A stretch of 63,857 nucleotides of DNA, counting the filler, from Octopus bimaculoides (Eukaryota): assembly GCF_001194135.2 (NCBI RefSeq). It is 5 parts of 5 records of this genome, joined end to end, with 100 filler letters (N's around TTAATTAATTAA, not from the genome) between each part and the next. Parts side by side here need not be neighbours in the genome. Positions count along the whole stretch, not along the records: positions 22,267 to 46,441 come from NC_068997.1; 4 more parts are not named here. One strand, written 5' to 3'. The stretch's first letter is position 1; the number at the start of each line of letters is the position of its first letter. The position numbers and the translations under genes were made by a program. Under the pieces are notes generated by a model, which was given only the letters and a program-made list of their open reading frames with translations, ran no database searches and was not told the origin of the DNA. This document shows positions 27,100-40,682 of this stretch, piece by piece.

Positions 27100-27650
27100 T
27101 TTGAGAAATTTAGGGGAGAAAAGTGTTATATGCCAGGAAATATCAAATCACAGGTAGATTAAACTGTGCGTAACCCTTGAAAGCCCTTAGATTTTCGGAG
27201 TGATGCACAGGAAGGGGCTTTAACTTCATACCACCAGTGGTATTTCCTCCCAAAAGAAATGTCAGGCAATTTTTGGAAGCTTTAAATCCTGATTTTGATT
27301 TTTCATCACGAGAATTAAATGTTCTAGCATGCAAGCGCTTTCAGAAAAGTACAGTCTCATCAACATTGTATACCTGTTCAGGTGTGTAGCCCTCTTCAGT
27401 AATCACTTTCTTTAACTGCTCGGGACAATTGGTAGCACCCTCTGTATCAGCGCCTACAGTTTCATCAATTATTTTTATGTGGTGCATATTCATGCGCTTC
27501 TTAAGTCTTTCAAACGAACCTTTACTAGCCAAAAGCCATTTTTCATTAAAAGTTTCATCTTCCTTTTTCAACAAATCGTGATATAAATTTTTCTCCAATT
27601 TTGCCAATTGTGTTTTACTGTACCAAGGCAAGCATCTTTAAGAGGTAAGA
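27100..27650 (-). mobile_element. Tigger/pogo transposase pseudogene fragment
   Basis: ASKGSFERLKKRMNMHHIKI...GYTPEQVYNVDETVLF and GFKASKNCLTFLLGGNTTGGMKLKPLPVHHSENLRAFK are typical of TIGD1/Tigger CENP-B HTH and DDE_1 regions. Frameshifted. Confidence 0.85.
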
Positions 27651-28544
27651 GGCAAGTAAGACAAGATGGTAAGATAATAGTCCATTATTGTTACGCTGGT
27701 AACGAGGAATATTAGAAAATGAGCCATAACACTCGAAAAACGATAGAGGGGCTACACCAAAGTTATTGATTGAGCGATTGTGTTCTAGTCCAAGTTTAGG
27801 TGAGCGAACGTCGTGTTAACAGCATCGAGGTACAATGTTTTCAGCCGGATTTTCGACCTTATTGCAAGCCTCGCCGGTTCTTCCGCCCGACATTTTCGGA
27901 TTCTAGACGTCGAGACAAAGAAAATGATTTACTAACCTCGAAAATGGATGGAATGGCGCCAACCACACTCTGTTACCAAATGCTTCAAATGATGTTATAA
28001 ATGCATTCATAAACACACACTCGTATACACTCATACATACATACATGCATACACACATTCACTCATACACAAACACTCATACATACGTACGCGCACACGC
28101 ACGCACACTTATACACATAGTCATGCATGCACGTGTGGTGTACATGCTGATATTTGTTGCACCCATTTGGATTCAGAAGTTAATGGATTCATATTGGTAA
28201 TGATGTGGGTTGCATTGGTCTTGATGTTAGTGGTGATGGACTGATATTGTTGGTGGTGTTGTGGTCATATTGATCTTGCTAATTGCATTGTTGTGTCTAG
28301 TCTCAAGTCAATCCTCGTAGACCTAAGAATGATATTTCATTCAGCTTTTAAAATACAATAAGACACCAAATTATAAGTTCTTATCAAATAATGGATTTAC
28401 TTATCTACTTACTGTATATTACTTTTGCTGACTGTCATTGTGTTCATGTTGATGATAGGTGCACTCACACAAACATACATACATATGAACACATTTACAC
28501 ACACGCACACACATATATATGCTTTTTGAGAAAAAAAGCAGGTG

Positions 28545-28616
28545 AGGCTCTACCGAGACTCGAACTCGGATCGCTGGATTCAGAGTCCAGAGTGCTAACC
28601 ATTACACCATAGAACC
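28545..28616 (-). tRNA. tRNA-Gln, anticodon CUG
   Basis: Minus strand GGTTCTATGGTGTAATGGTTAGCACTCTGGACTCTGAATCCAGCGATCCGAGTTCGAGTCTCGGTAGAGCCT (72 nt). Full cloverleaf, A and B boxes, anticodon loop CT-CTG-AA, and a T7 Pol III terminator at 28531-28537. Confidence 0.95.
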
Positions 28617-28779
28617 CTCGCACATTATTCACCTTATATATATTTCATATACATGTGTGTATGTGTGTCCGTGTATTTGTATAACGTGATGATAATGTTA
28701 AAAATCGTTAACTATATACTTTGATCTTCACTAAAACACAAATCACGATTAAGAAAGTATTATTTTAAATTGCTAACAA

Positions 28780-28912
28780 TTTAGAACTACACAATACGAG
28801 TTTCCGTAAGAGCGAAATTACAAACCATGTCCCGAAATTAATGGTCGTACATTACGGTTTCCGTAACCACGAAATCCCGTAAACCGAGAAAGTCGTAACG
28901 TGGTGGATGCCT
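28780..28912 (-). mobile_element. Tigger-like terminal fragment
   Basis: Minus strand reads TAGGCATCCACCACGTTACGAC, resembling a Tigger TIR. No partner TIR was found. Confidence 0.4.
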
Positions 28913-29904
28913 ATGTATATACAAGTATATGTGTGTGTATATGTATCATATATATATAGTGATATTGTGTAGGCCCGAAAAGTCAAAGACTTCCATATTT
29001 CTCAATACATCTGCTTGTTGTTTCCTCCCCTATCTCTGTTTTATGTTTTCTGTACATTTGAACCGTATAAATATATATATGATTGCAGTGTTAAAGAAGT
29101 TCAATTCGCAATTAAAAAAATTCCTCTTTGAGATGATCTGAGCCCTGCAAGCGAAATTGGGTTGAGGGAAAAGCGTCAGATGGATTATATCAAAAGTATA
29201 GCCTTGTCATATACTGTATAACAACTAGTCTACTTGAGAATAACATTAAAGGTACAAATGTATGCGGAGTACTCAGTCACCTATACGTTAATTCAATGAG
29301 CAGATGTTCTGTCGATCGAAACATCTGAATCGCTCATCGTCAAAACCGGCGAAAAACCAATTTTCTGTTTCATATATGTCTGCGAGTGTGTGTGTGTATG
29401 TGTGTGTATGTGTGTGCATAAAAATATGTGTCTATGTACATGTATCTCTCCCTCTTCCACTTTTTCATCTCCTCTCCCTTTTTCTCTATCTCTATGCATA
29501 TATATATACACACATATACATATACATATATATGCACACATATATATACATATATATACATATACATACACACATACATGAAATAAAACACACATGCAAA
29601 ATTTATACAGACACAAAATAACACACACACACAAACACATATATATATAAATATATATATCTGTATATATATNNNNNNNNNNNNNNNNNNNNNNNNNNNN
29701 NNNNNNNNNNNNNNNNNNNNNNNNNNNNNNNNNNNNNNNNNNNNNNNNNNNNNNNNNNNNNNNNNNNNNNNNNNNNNNNNNNNNNNNNNNNNNNNNNNNN
29801 NNNNNNNNNNNNNNNNNNNNNNNNNNNNNNNNNCATACACACACACAAAATCATACATACATTTAAGCCATGGAATGATTAATGACATATAGTCGTGTCT
29901 GATT

Positions 29905-30780
29905 TAATGTTGTTTTGTTGTTGTTGTTGTTGTTGTTGTTGTTGCTGTTGCTACAATTGCTTTGTTGTAGTTGTTCGTATTGCTTATGCTATTGCAAGTT
30001 GATGGCGGTCCATGGTGGTGGTGGTGGTGGTGGTGCTAGTAATATTTCGTGTAGTGGTAGTGGTGGTGGTAGAAATTGTTGTAGTGGGATTGGTGTAGGT
30101 GGCAGTGGTGTAGGTGGTGGTGGTGGTGGTGGTGTTGGTGGTGGTGATTGTGGCAGTAACTGGTGGTAGTGGTGGTGTTGGTACTGGAGGAACTCGTTGT
30201 GGTGGTGGCGGCGATGATGGTGGTAGTAGTAGTAGTAGTGGTGGATGTGGTCATAGTGGTAATGGTTGTAGTAGTGGAGGTAGTTATATTTGTAGTGTTC
30301 GTTGTGGTGGTCGTGCTCTTGGTCGTGCTGCTGATAATGGTGGAGATGGTAATGGTGGTGGTGCAAGTGGTGGTGGTGGTGGTGGTGGTGTTGGTGGTGG
30401 AGTATGCAGTGGTAGTGGTGGTTGTGGTCGAAGCGGTGCTGGTGCTTGTAGTGTTTACTGTGGTGGGTGGTAAGGGTAGGGAGTGTTGGTAGTGTAGTGG
30501 TAGCAGTAATGGTTGTAGAGTGGATGACAGCGGTAACCGTTGTAGTGATTGTGGTTTTGGTGGTGGCAACGATTATAGTGGTGATAATGGTGGTGACAGT
30601 GGTGGTAGTTTTAGTAGTGGTAGTGGTGATGATAACTGTAGTGGTGGTAAGTCGTTTACAAGTCTATTGTTGTTGCTGCTGTTATTAACGTTGCTGGTTA
30701 TAACGGATGTTCTTGTTGATGTTAATGTTGTAGTTGGTAGTGATAGTGTTGCTTTTAGTATTGTTGTTCTTAGCATTGCT
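29905..30780. repeat. Degenerate (GTT)n/(GGT)n/(GTA)n low-complexity block
   Basis: Trinucleotide mosaic. ORFs in several frames are poly-V/T/H/G by-products. A similar block lies at 39366-39620. Confidence 0.85.
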
Positions 30781-33064
30781 GTCGCTGATATTTTTAAGTT
30801 TAAATCTCAGGTGAACCCCGATGGAGCAAACATATAACCAAAGCCATCGACCCTCCGTCCACGACCATCCTCTATGACTATCTCGCGAAACACTCATTCC
30901 TTTATTGAAGAGGGTAGACTTAGCTGTAGAGTGAGACTTAGTTGTTATTTCTAGTACCTTAACTATTTCTGCATAGTCGAACCAACAAAGTGAAAACCTT
31001 TTCATGCACGGACAACCTTTTCAGAGAAGCGAGCCGCAAGAGACATGACTCATTCATCATCAGGTGGGCCGCACTATTAAAAAAATTCTTGTGCAATCCT
31101 TGAAAATAAAGCAGTAAAATAGTAAGAGAGTTGTCTATGTCGAACTGTGTTTTGCAAGACATCCTTAAAGAAAAAAATACATGCAAAAATCAACAGTGCG
31201 TGTTTCAAGGGAATTTAGTTGTTATTTTTAGCAATCAGGCAATCATGTAGAAGCTGTCAGCCAGGTTCTTGTGTTGGCCATAGTGTTTAGGTGGGTATGC
31301 TGTGACTCGGTTTGAGTGTGACAGCTGGTTTCCTTATGCATTTATTAGAAATGATATGCATCACAGCAGTGTTTTGTGGTTAATGCATATACAGTTGCCG
31401 CTAAGTTGCTTTGTTCGTTTGTCTGCATTAAACACAAGAAAGATAATTTGTTGTATTTTTTTCTTAAGACGGTCTTGTAAATGGGATTCTGGGCTTGTTG
31501 TGGATTATTTCGGAGGGTTTGATGGAGATTAATGATATAAAGTTGCTTGGACCTTGGATCAAACCTTGCTGCTCCCAACAATCTGTTCTTTTTCGTATAT
31601 CCAAATGGTCTTTCGTTTCATATTTCTTTGTTTATGCTTGTGATCTTTGAGGGTGCAGCTTGTGTTGATGTGAAGTACAAAGTTTTGCATTTTTTAATTA
31701 AGGTTGTTGTCGTTGTTGTTGTTGATGGTTTTATTGTTTAGTGTTAGGTCACTGCTTAATCAAAAACCTTCCAGCCGTAGCCGCACGCTTTTTTTTTTGT
31801 TTTGTTTTTTGTTGTTTTTTTGAGTTTTTTTACTTTTCTTTTCAGAAACAATGCATCTAGGAATCATACACTGTCCTGTTTGTCCTTTTTTTCTTTTCTG
31901 AAAGACGATGGCATTGAAGATCTATCTAACTGCTATCATTAGTAGAACAAGAGAAGGTTCAGACGCTCCGTCACTGATACATTTCTTTCTGGTTTATTAT
32001 GATTGTTTTTTTTGGAATGATCTCTACTCGCTCTACGACACATCACTCGTGGACGTCCACTCCAACTCGAGAGTACAGTATGTTTTTCATTGGAGTTTTC
32101 GTGGTTACGATCCTAAACCAGCCAAACAGTTTGCCGGCCTATGTGCCGGATGCTTTTACGAAACATCACTCATTTCGTTGGCCGTTGGCTCACAAGGAGC
32201 TCATCCGTCTTTTGACAGATTTTGTTTTTAATCCTGCAGAGCATCCACAGCAGCCCTCCTCACCTGGAAAGCCGGATGGGGGAGCCGGTTTACTAGACAA
32301 ACACCTGCACCTGAAACAGGGGGTACCGATTTACAAGATACCAGCAGAAGGATTTTCCTGACCTGAGCTATATGGAATGACAGTAAAAGTTTTCAAGCCA
32401 TAATCGTCCCGTATATTTAAAAGTTTGTACAAACGACCTTATTTAATGTGACTTATCCTTACTTAAAACGGTAGAACAGCATTTGAGGGACATTTGGCTG
32501 TTCTTGCTCTTCATCTGTTTATGTTTTAATCTATCACCCCATATATGTCTCTCTTGCTTCTATCTCTTTCTGTCCTTTCTTTTTCCTTCTCCATCTCTCC
32601 CTTTCTCTCACTCATTTTCTTTCACCTCACTGCTTTTCTCTCTCACCTTCTTCACAAATCAACCTGATTTCTTTTAAGCTTTTGCCTGTCTCTTTCTTAG
32701 TCTGTCTCTTTCTATTTCCCTCTTTCTCTTACTGCATTCTGTCTCTTCCTTTCTGTCTGTCTCTCCCTCTCTCCCTCCCTCACTTGGTCACTTTTTCACA
32801 TTCTCAAACAATTTCTATCTCTATCCCTGCCTGTCTTCTCGTCTTCCCTTCTCTGCCTGCTTTCCCTTCTCTCTCTCACACTCTCCCTCTATCTTTCTCC
32901 CCCTCTCTCTCTTTCTGTCATCTTCCTCACTCATTCACCTTAATTTTTACACAAAACGTAATACGATACACTCCAACGTAATGGCATAACCGCATTGCAT
33001 AAGAAACAAGAGCAGCATAATATGCTGAAACACTCTTACTTAAACAGAGTCCTTTCAGAGGACG

Positions 33065-33145
33065 TTTCCGGAAGTAACCGGAGAACATCGGAAGTGACCG
33101 AAAGTACTTCTCTGCAACTTCCCACAAAATAATAGCAATAATAAC

Positions 33146-33199
<54 letters not shown>

Positions 33200-33200
33200 C

Positions 33201-33234
<34 letters not shown>

Positions 33235-33410
33235 CAGCTACAACAACGACGACGACTATGATAATTATTTAAGGAGGAGAAAAAAGCAAGAGAAGAAAAA
33301 ATAAAAGGAGAGGAGATAGAGAAAGTGTTGGCCTCCTCCCAAATACAGAAATAGAAACATTATCCACCGGAAGTTTCCGGAAGCTTGGCTCTAAGGACGG
33401 ATTGGCGGGG
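33065..33410. promoter_or_regulatory. Cluster of ETS-type CCGGAAG(T) motifs plus CCAAT/GC box; possible promoter
   Basis: CCGGAAGT at 33068 and 33367, TCGGAAGT at 33088, CCGGAAG at 33377, ATTGGCGGGG at 33401. The cluster is split by (TAA)n. Confidence 0.4.
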
Positions 33411-33543
33411 AAGGATTCTGTGAAGAAGAAATATACAACAAAGAAGAGGAGTGGGAAAAGAAGGAAATGAAACGGAAACAGTGGAATAGATAGGGAACGA
33501 TGAAAGAAGATAGATAGATATACACATAGGTACGAAATTATAC

Positions 33544-33600
<57 letters not shown>

Positions 33601-33804
33601 TATTATTATTAAGGTGGCAGAATCGTTAAAATACTGGGCGAAATGCTTAGCGGCATTTTGTCGTCTTTACGATCTGAGTTCAAATTCCGCCGAGGTCGAC
33701 TTTACTTTCATCCTTTCGGGATCGATAGATTAGGTACCAGTGCGTTTCTCTGCCCTAGGTGTCAGGAAGACACTCAGCAAGAAATGGAAACGGAATTGAA
33801 ATCT

Positions 33805-33839
<35 letters not shown>

Positions 33840-34699
33840 TAATAATAATAATAATAATAAATAATCCTTTCTACTGAAGGTTCAAGGCTTGAAATTTTGT
33901 GCGAGGGAACTAGTCGATTACATCGACTCCAGTACTCAACTGAAACGTCAGCACGCCGGGCGAAATGCTTACCGGTATTTCGTCTGTCTTTACGTTCTGA
34001 GTTCAAATTTCGCCGAAGTCGACTTTGCCTTTCATCCTTCCGGGGTCGATAAATTAAGTACCAGTTGCGTACTGAGGTCGATGTAATCGACTGGCATCCT
34101 CCCCCAAGATTTCGGGACTTGTGCCTAGAGTAGAAAAAAATACATATATATATTGAAAACTATATCACTTTTTCATATTTTCTAGACGGTAGTCTTTCAA
34201 TTCCAGGATATAATTTTATTCACAAGCATCTAGAATGCTGTAAATGAATATTAAATTGACGCAGTTCTTCATTGGTACTTCATTTTGCTTCAATCCTAAT
34301 ATATAATTCTATTCGCAAGCATCCAGAATGCTTTAAATGAATATTAAATTAAATGGATATTTAAATGAATATTAAATTGGTACTTCATTGGTACTTTTGC
34401 TACTTCCTTTTATCAGTAGTAGAACGGTGAAAGGTAAAGTTGAACCCAGCATTATTTGAACTCAAAATCTAAAATGCCACAACAACCACAAACATTTTTG
34501 TCTATCGCTCCAGCGGTCTTGAAAGCCCACTGCTTATTGGTTGTGTTGATTAGAGCAAGTTTTAGCAACAATTTTTTTTTAACAACCTGTGAATCTCCCC
34601 CGTTGCTTCGCTTCAATTCAGTTTGTTACAGGAACCGACAACTATCTATTAGGATTTGCGTTGCATTTTCTTTTTGCTCTCTGTTTATACAATATCTAT

Positions 34700-34970
34700 G
34701 ACTAAAATTCCCATTTCCTGAGAGAATAGTATATTAGTTTTGTTATCAACTAATTATTTTGTCTATTTTAAGTTTTATTTTATGATGCAAATGTAATGCG
34801 GAGCACTGGTTTCTTATTGTAAATGCATGGGCAGCCGACGAGAAATTTTCGTAGTTGTTTGTCCGATACAACAGTCATGTTTGCGTACAAAATTTGTAAA
34901 TTTCGTAGGGGGCTCATCAGTGGTTTGTTCAGTGATTTGCTGGTTTGGGCTTTGTTGATGATGAGATTTC
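34700..34970 (-). mobile_element. Degenerate GIY-YIG fragment of a Penelope-like element (Naiad/Chlamys-like)
   Basis: KFTNFVRKHDCCIGQTTTKISRRLPMHLQ* resembles YKFTC....YIG.TT.TLSRRLTMHL. An upstream frame gives NLIINK...KPL. Confidence 0.5.
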
Positions 34971-35029
34971 AACCTTTCTGCTAACATGTGTGTGTATACA
35001 ATTATATGCATGTTTACATACATACACAT

Positions 35030-35063
<34 letters not shown>

Positions 35064-35123
35064 GTGTGTATGTATCTATATATAAATATATTTTTTTATT
35101 TTAAAGGCATAGATCGGTTGATT

Positions 35124-35124
35124 T

Positions 35125-35210
<86 letters not shown>
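35124..35210. repeat. (TAGA)n microsatellite
   Basis: Direct reading. (TATC)n arrays also occur at ~51115-51195 and ~62760-62900. Confidence 0.95.
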
Positions 35211-35212
<2 letters not shown>

Positions 35213-35865
35213 GCAAGCTGGTAGTTGGAGAGACAGACGCCCAGCATATGTAGAGGTTAGAGATAATAACAGAAACAGAATATTTTAGTATATACTCTGA
35301 GATAACACACAGAACACTTCTCACACACAGCTCGTAGAAAACCTACCCCTAACCCACACACACATACATGCATATATGCCACATACATATAAAGCACCCC
35401 ACCAACAAAGTCATCTTCATCACCAACCCAACCAAAAACAACAACAGAAACAAACAGCAAACACAAAAGTAGACATCCCTCACACATACACACATTTTTG
35501 ACTATGAGACAAGATGCTCGTCAAGCACACAATTGTAAGCAAATATAAAATTAAACGCGGGCTAAGGAAACGAAACGTAAACGAAACGAAATCAAATATA
35601 TTCCTAACGATTCATTGAACTATTATTCTAAATAACATCTTCTCATACTGATGAGAACCTAATATGTTAAAATATTCCTCCAAGGAACAATTTCTTAAAT
35701 GAAACTCACCATTCATTTCATCAATCTTCTTTTAGTCGACAAATCATTCGGAAACACACAATCTGTTATTCAGGTAAACCTAACATCCGCAATAACCGTC
35801 ATTCCATTATTCAGAAACTTCGTTATACCACATCCGTTTTATCTTGTCAATATTAGAGCTATCAC

Positions 35866-35896
<31 letters not shown>

Positions 35897-37286
35897 TTCA
35901 GTCTCCTGTGATTGTGCTTGTATGTTTGTGTTTGTTTGTATGTGTGAACGTATGGAGAGAGAAAGAGAGAGAGAGAGAGAGAGACAAAGACAGAGAGAGA
36001 GAGAGAGAGACAAAGACAGAGAGAGAGAGACAAAGACGGAGAGAGAGAGAGAGAGAGAGAGAACGACGGATGAAAATGTCACAAAGAATCTTGAGAGAAA
36101 TTGAAAGTTCCGATATATTGTGAGTGTGTGTGTGTGTGTGTCCGTATACTCGTGCGTATATATGTGTGTGTTTATGTACGTATATATATGTATATACATA
36201 TAAGTCTATCTGTATGCATGTATGTGTGTATATATTTATGTATGTATGTATGTATGTATGTATGTATGTACATATGCATGAAAGCAAGCAAGTTTCTATG
36301 CCTCTATGCACGTTTGAATGTACAAAAATAAATGTGTATATATTTATGTTGATATATATTATATACGGATGCGTGTATACACACGTCTATGTATGTGCGA
36401 ATGCAAAGGTGTTTGTGTACACATATACATGTGTGTGTGTTTGTGTATGTGTATTTTCTGTGTATTGTGTACTTTGTACATATGTGTGAGTATGTATATG
36501 TATATATACGGATGTACGTATATTGTACACATTTGTATATGCAATTTATACCACATATATCGTCAAATTCTTAAGAGTATCGATACGTAATCCCTTATGG
36601 TAGTTAGTTCCTGCTTTTGCAATGTTCGAATCACACCTAAGTCGACTTCCGACTCATTGCTTATGATTCGACAAAAAACAAAACAATCAATTGAATTTAA
36701 TGTTCAGAAAAGTCATTCTAGCAATGGAAATATTTGGCAAAAAAAAAAAAAAAGATTTATTTGTAAGATATATATGCATCTGAGTTCGTTACTTTCTGTG
36801 TACTTAAACCATGAAGGTCATACTGGAGCTTTACATTGAGTTTGTCATGCATGCTGATGTGTATGCATATAATTTTTAAGAAATATGATTTAATTTGTGC
36901 TTTCATGTTCATATTCGACATAGTGCCTAATTACATATATTTATATATGTATATATGCATATATATGCATTCATATGTATAAATATACATACATACTTAC
37001 ATGTAAACATGGATAGAAAAATTAAAAAGACTGCTTTCGTCCAATGGCAAAACTCCTGTCATGTCCTACTGAAGATGTGGTCTCGAATCCCACCGGCAGT
37101 CTTCGATTNNNNNNNNNNAAATACACACACATACATACACACACACGCACACATTTCAAAATTTAAACAGATTACTCTGATCAAGCTACTCATGAACCCT
37201 TCAGAGTATAATTTTTAAATAAGTATTATATTTACTTTACCTTTATCTTGATAACGCTGATGATCATGTGGATGATAGAGCTATAT

Positions 37287-37327
<41 letters not shown>

Positions 37328-37337
37328 NNNNNNNNNN

Positions 37338-37372
<35 letters not shown>

Positions 37373-37481
37373 TGTGTGTGTGAATGTATGTAAGTGCTCA
37401 GAGAGAAAAGGAAAAAGTGAGAGAGAGAGTGTATTTATCGATATTGGTTTGGTTTTACACTTAAAATATATACATCATACG

Positions 37482-37514
<33 letters not shown>

Positions 37515-37959
37515 GCACACATATATACATATATACATTTACATAAACACACACACATATATATATATATACATATATATACATATATATACACATAGAC
37601 ATATATATGTACATATATATATATTCACATATGTGTGTGCGTGTGTGTGTAACTGAGTTTAATTTACAAAAACTTTCACATGTTTACATCCATCTTATAA
37701 ACTCCTCAGAGGTTGGCGTATTTAAATTTCGCCTTCTAATTTAATTGTCGTACAAATAGAAGAATTCCCGCTCGACTGTGCATATGTCTTTGTGCATTAG
37801 TGTGTATTGTGTTACTATATATGCGTGCGTATATAAGGTTGTGCACGTCACTTGGTGAGATGAATATTTGAAAAACATAAATAAGAAATGCGAATTTGTA
37901 ATTAAATTAAAACTTGAAGATGCAGCAGTAGAACAATTAAAGATTAAGGAAGAAGTGAT

Positions 37960-38100
37960 TCTTCTTCTTCTTCTTCTTCTTCTTCTTCTTCTTCTTCTTC
38001 TTCTTCTTCTTCTTCTTCTTCTTCTTCTTCTTCTTCTTCTTCTTCTTCTTCTTCTTCTTCTTCTTCTTCTTCTTCTTCTTCTTCTTCTTCTTCTTCTTCT
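37960..38100. repeat. Perfect (CTT)n microsatellite
   Basis: About 140 bp of uninterrupted CTT; the poly-L ORF is a by-product. Confidence 0.95.
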
Positions 38101-38797
38101 GTGTCTTCTTTTAACCTTTATATGCTATGCATGTGTCCCTTCCTTTTCATATGGCCCCTGTGGGTCCAGATAAGATTTTGGGGGCTCCACGCAGCAAAAT
38201 AATAAATTAGAGATCCACAATCGAATTTGAAGGAACCCTGAAAAAGACACATAAAAAGCATCCAGTCCACACTGTGCAGCAGTTGGCATTTGGAAGGGTA
38301 TTCAGCTGTAAAAACCATGCCAAAACTGACCTCGCCTGTGCTGGTGCCACGTAAAAGGCACTCTGATGGTTATGCTGAATGGTTGGTGTTAGGAAGGGCA
38401 CCCAGCCGTAAAAACTATGCCAAAACAGACACAGAAACTTGGTGCAGTCTTCTGTCTGCCAGCTTCTGTCTAACTGTCCAACCCATGCCAGCACGGAAGG
38501 CGGACGTTAAACGATGGTGACGATGATGAATATGAAGATGATGAGGATGGTGATGATGATGATGGTGGTAGGGGGGTGATCTATGTATTGCAAGAAACGT
38601 TTAGGTTTCTTTCTCTAACATTTTACATAGTTCATCCGACACGTGTTAATGTGTAAATAACAAAATAGGAATTCTAAAAGTCGTTTCTATAAAACTAGTT
38701 TCCAAAACATCGAACGGCCATAGGGGTCCATAGACCCTTCAAAACAGTGCCCCGGCATGGCCACAGTCAAATGCCTGAAAGAACTAAAAGATGAAAG

Positions 38798-38847
<50 letters not shown>

Positions 38848-40633
38848 NNNNNNNNNNNNNNNNNNNNNNNNNNNNNNNNNNNNNNNNNNNNNNNNNNNNN
38901 NNNNNNNNNNNNNNNNNNNNNNNNNNNNNNNNNNNNNNNNNNNNNNNNNNNNNNNNNNNNNNNNNNNNNNNNNNNNNNNNNNNNNNNNNNNNNNNNNNNN
39001 NNNNNNNNNNNNNNNNNNNNNNNNNNNNNNNNNNNNNNNNNNNNNNNNNNNNNNNNNNNNNNNNNNNNNNNNNNNNNNNNNNNNNNNNNNNNNNNNNNNN
39101 NNNNNNNNNNNNNNNNNNNNNNNNNNNNNNNNNNNNNNNNNNNNNNNNNNNNNNNNNNNNNNNNNNNNNNNNNNNNNNNNNNNNNNNNNNNNNNNNNNNN
39201 NNNNNNNNNNNNNNNNNNNNNNNNNNNNNNNNNNNNNNNNNNNNNNNNNNNNNNNNNNNNNNNNNNNNNNNNNNNNNNNNNNNNNNNNNNNNNNNNNNNN
39301 NNNNNNNNNNNNNNNNNNNNNNNNNNNNNNNNNNNNNNNNNNNNNNNNNNNNNNNNNNNNNNNNNTAATAGTGGCGGTAATAGCGATTGTGGCGACGGCG
39401 GTGGTCATAATTGTAGTGACGGTGATAGTAGTGGTAGTGGTGATCGTAGTGATCGTGGTGGTGGCGGTGGTTGTACTCATGGCAGCAGTGGGCTGAAGAT
39501 GTTGGTTGCGGTAATAGTGGTGGTCGTAGTGGTGAGGATGGTATAGGTGGTGATGGTGGTAATGGTGGTGGTCGTGGTAGTCGTGGTCGTGGTGGGAATG
39601 GTGTTGGTCGTGGTGGTGTTCGTGCTAAGTCCTCCAGTCAGCCCTGTCTGCAATAGATCTGCAATCAAAAGTGCTCCAGCCGTGATCATCCTGTCTTTCT
39701 TTTTTTTTTCCTTTTTCCTTTAATTTTTTGTTTGTTTGTTTATCTAATATATCATTAGCACTTTTGTTATGGTACACTGAAGTGACATCTGAGAGAGAAT
39801 TGGTTACCTTTTCTAACAATGGCATTGCTGCTTTTGTTTCTTTTTAACACCAGGAACTCTGACAAGGCAGAACTATAAACGATAACTTCCTAACTGGGAC
39901 GATTCCAATCGTAAAGTATGAAACACTACATTTCATAGAGGATTTTTATTTCTTTAGAAGCGCTGAGAGTGACTGAAGATAAACTTTACACCAGTAAAGT
40001 CTGGTATTTCTAACAGATCGAGTTTTCCTGATGATGGAAGAGGTAGCGAACACGCTGTTTTCTGATTGGCTGAAAATTCTGAAAATTATCAAAGTTTGAA
40101 CACCTGTAACATTTTTGCAAAATTTTTCTGGAATAAATGAATAACAAATTCGGATTCAGCATCAAAAATTGCATCTATATGATGCATTAAAAAAGAAATT
40201 TTTAAGATAATTGCAAACCATGACGAAAACTACAACGAAATTTAAAATGTTCGATAATATACTATAGAATCCACTATCACCTTCATTCACGAATCAAATC
40301 TCTAGCCATCAGCCTTAGGATTGGTTAGATCATAAGAGCGACAAATGGAACACCTCACTGGATTTATTTCGGCTTTATAAGTTCTGTGTTCAAATTTTAC
40401 TAAGGTGAAATTGGTTTTCTATCATTCCAGGCTCGATAAAATACAATAGCCCCACTCCACACTAAATCTCGCCCAACTCCATACTAAATGTGCTGCCTTG
40501 TAATTAATTTCCACTAATACTTACCAATTATCATATTACTTATTAATTATACATAAATATGATTATAATTTAATTCCAACTGATGAGTCGCATATGCACA
40601 TACCTACAAATATATATATATATGTGTGTGTGT

Positions 40634-40682
<49 letters not shown>

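Noticed and set aside
27100-28912. One Tigger element that captured the tRNA gene
   Set aside because: No left TIR was found and the transposase N-terminus is missing, so the terminal fragment cannot be linked to the ORF fragment.
29295-29340. Hairpin with CTGTCGA..GAAAC
   Set aside because: Part of a common SINE; it has no stem II, so it is not a hammerhead.
29915-30776. Overlapping long ORFs (Gly-, His-, Thr-, Val-rich)
   Set aside because: Open in many frames on both strands because of trinucleotide repeats; no splice or domain support.
34895-34930. CTGATGA...GAAA on the minus strand as a third hammerhead
   Set aside because: Stem II has only one pair and stem I has no partner; the sequence is better explained as GIY-YIG coding relic.
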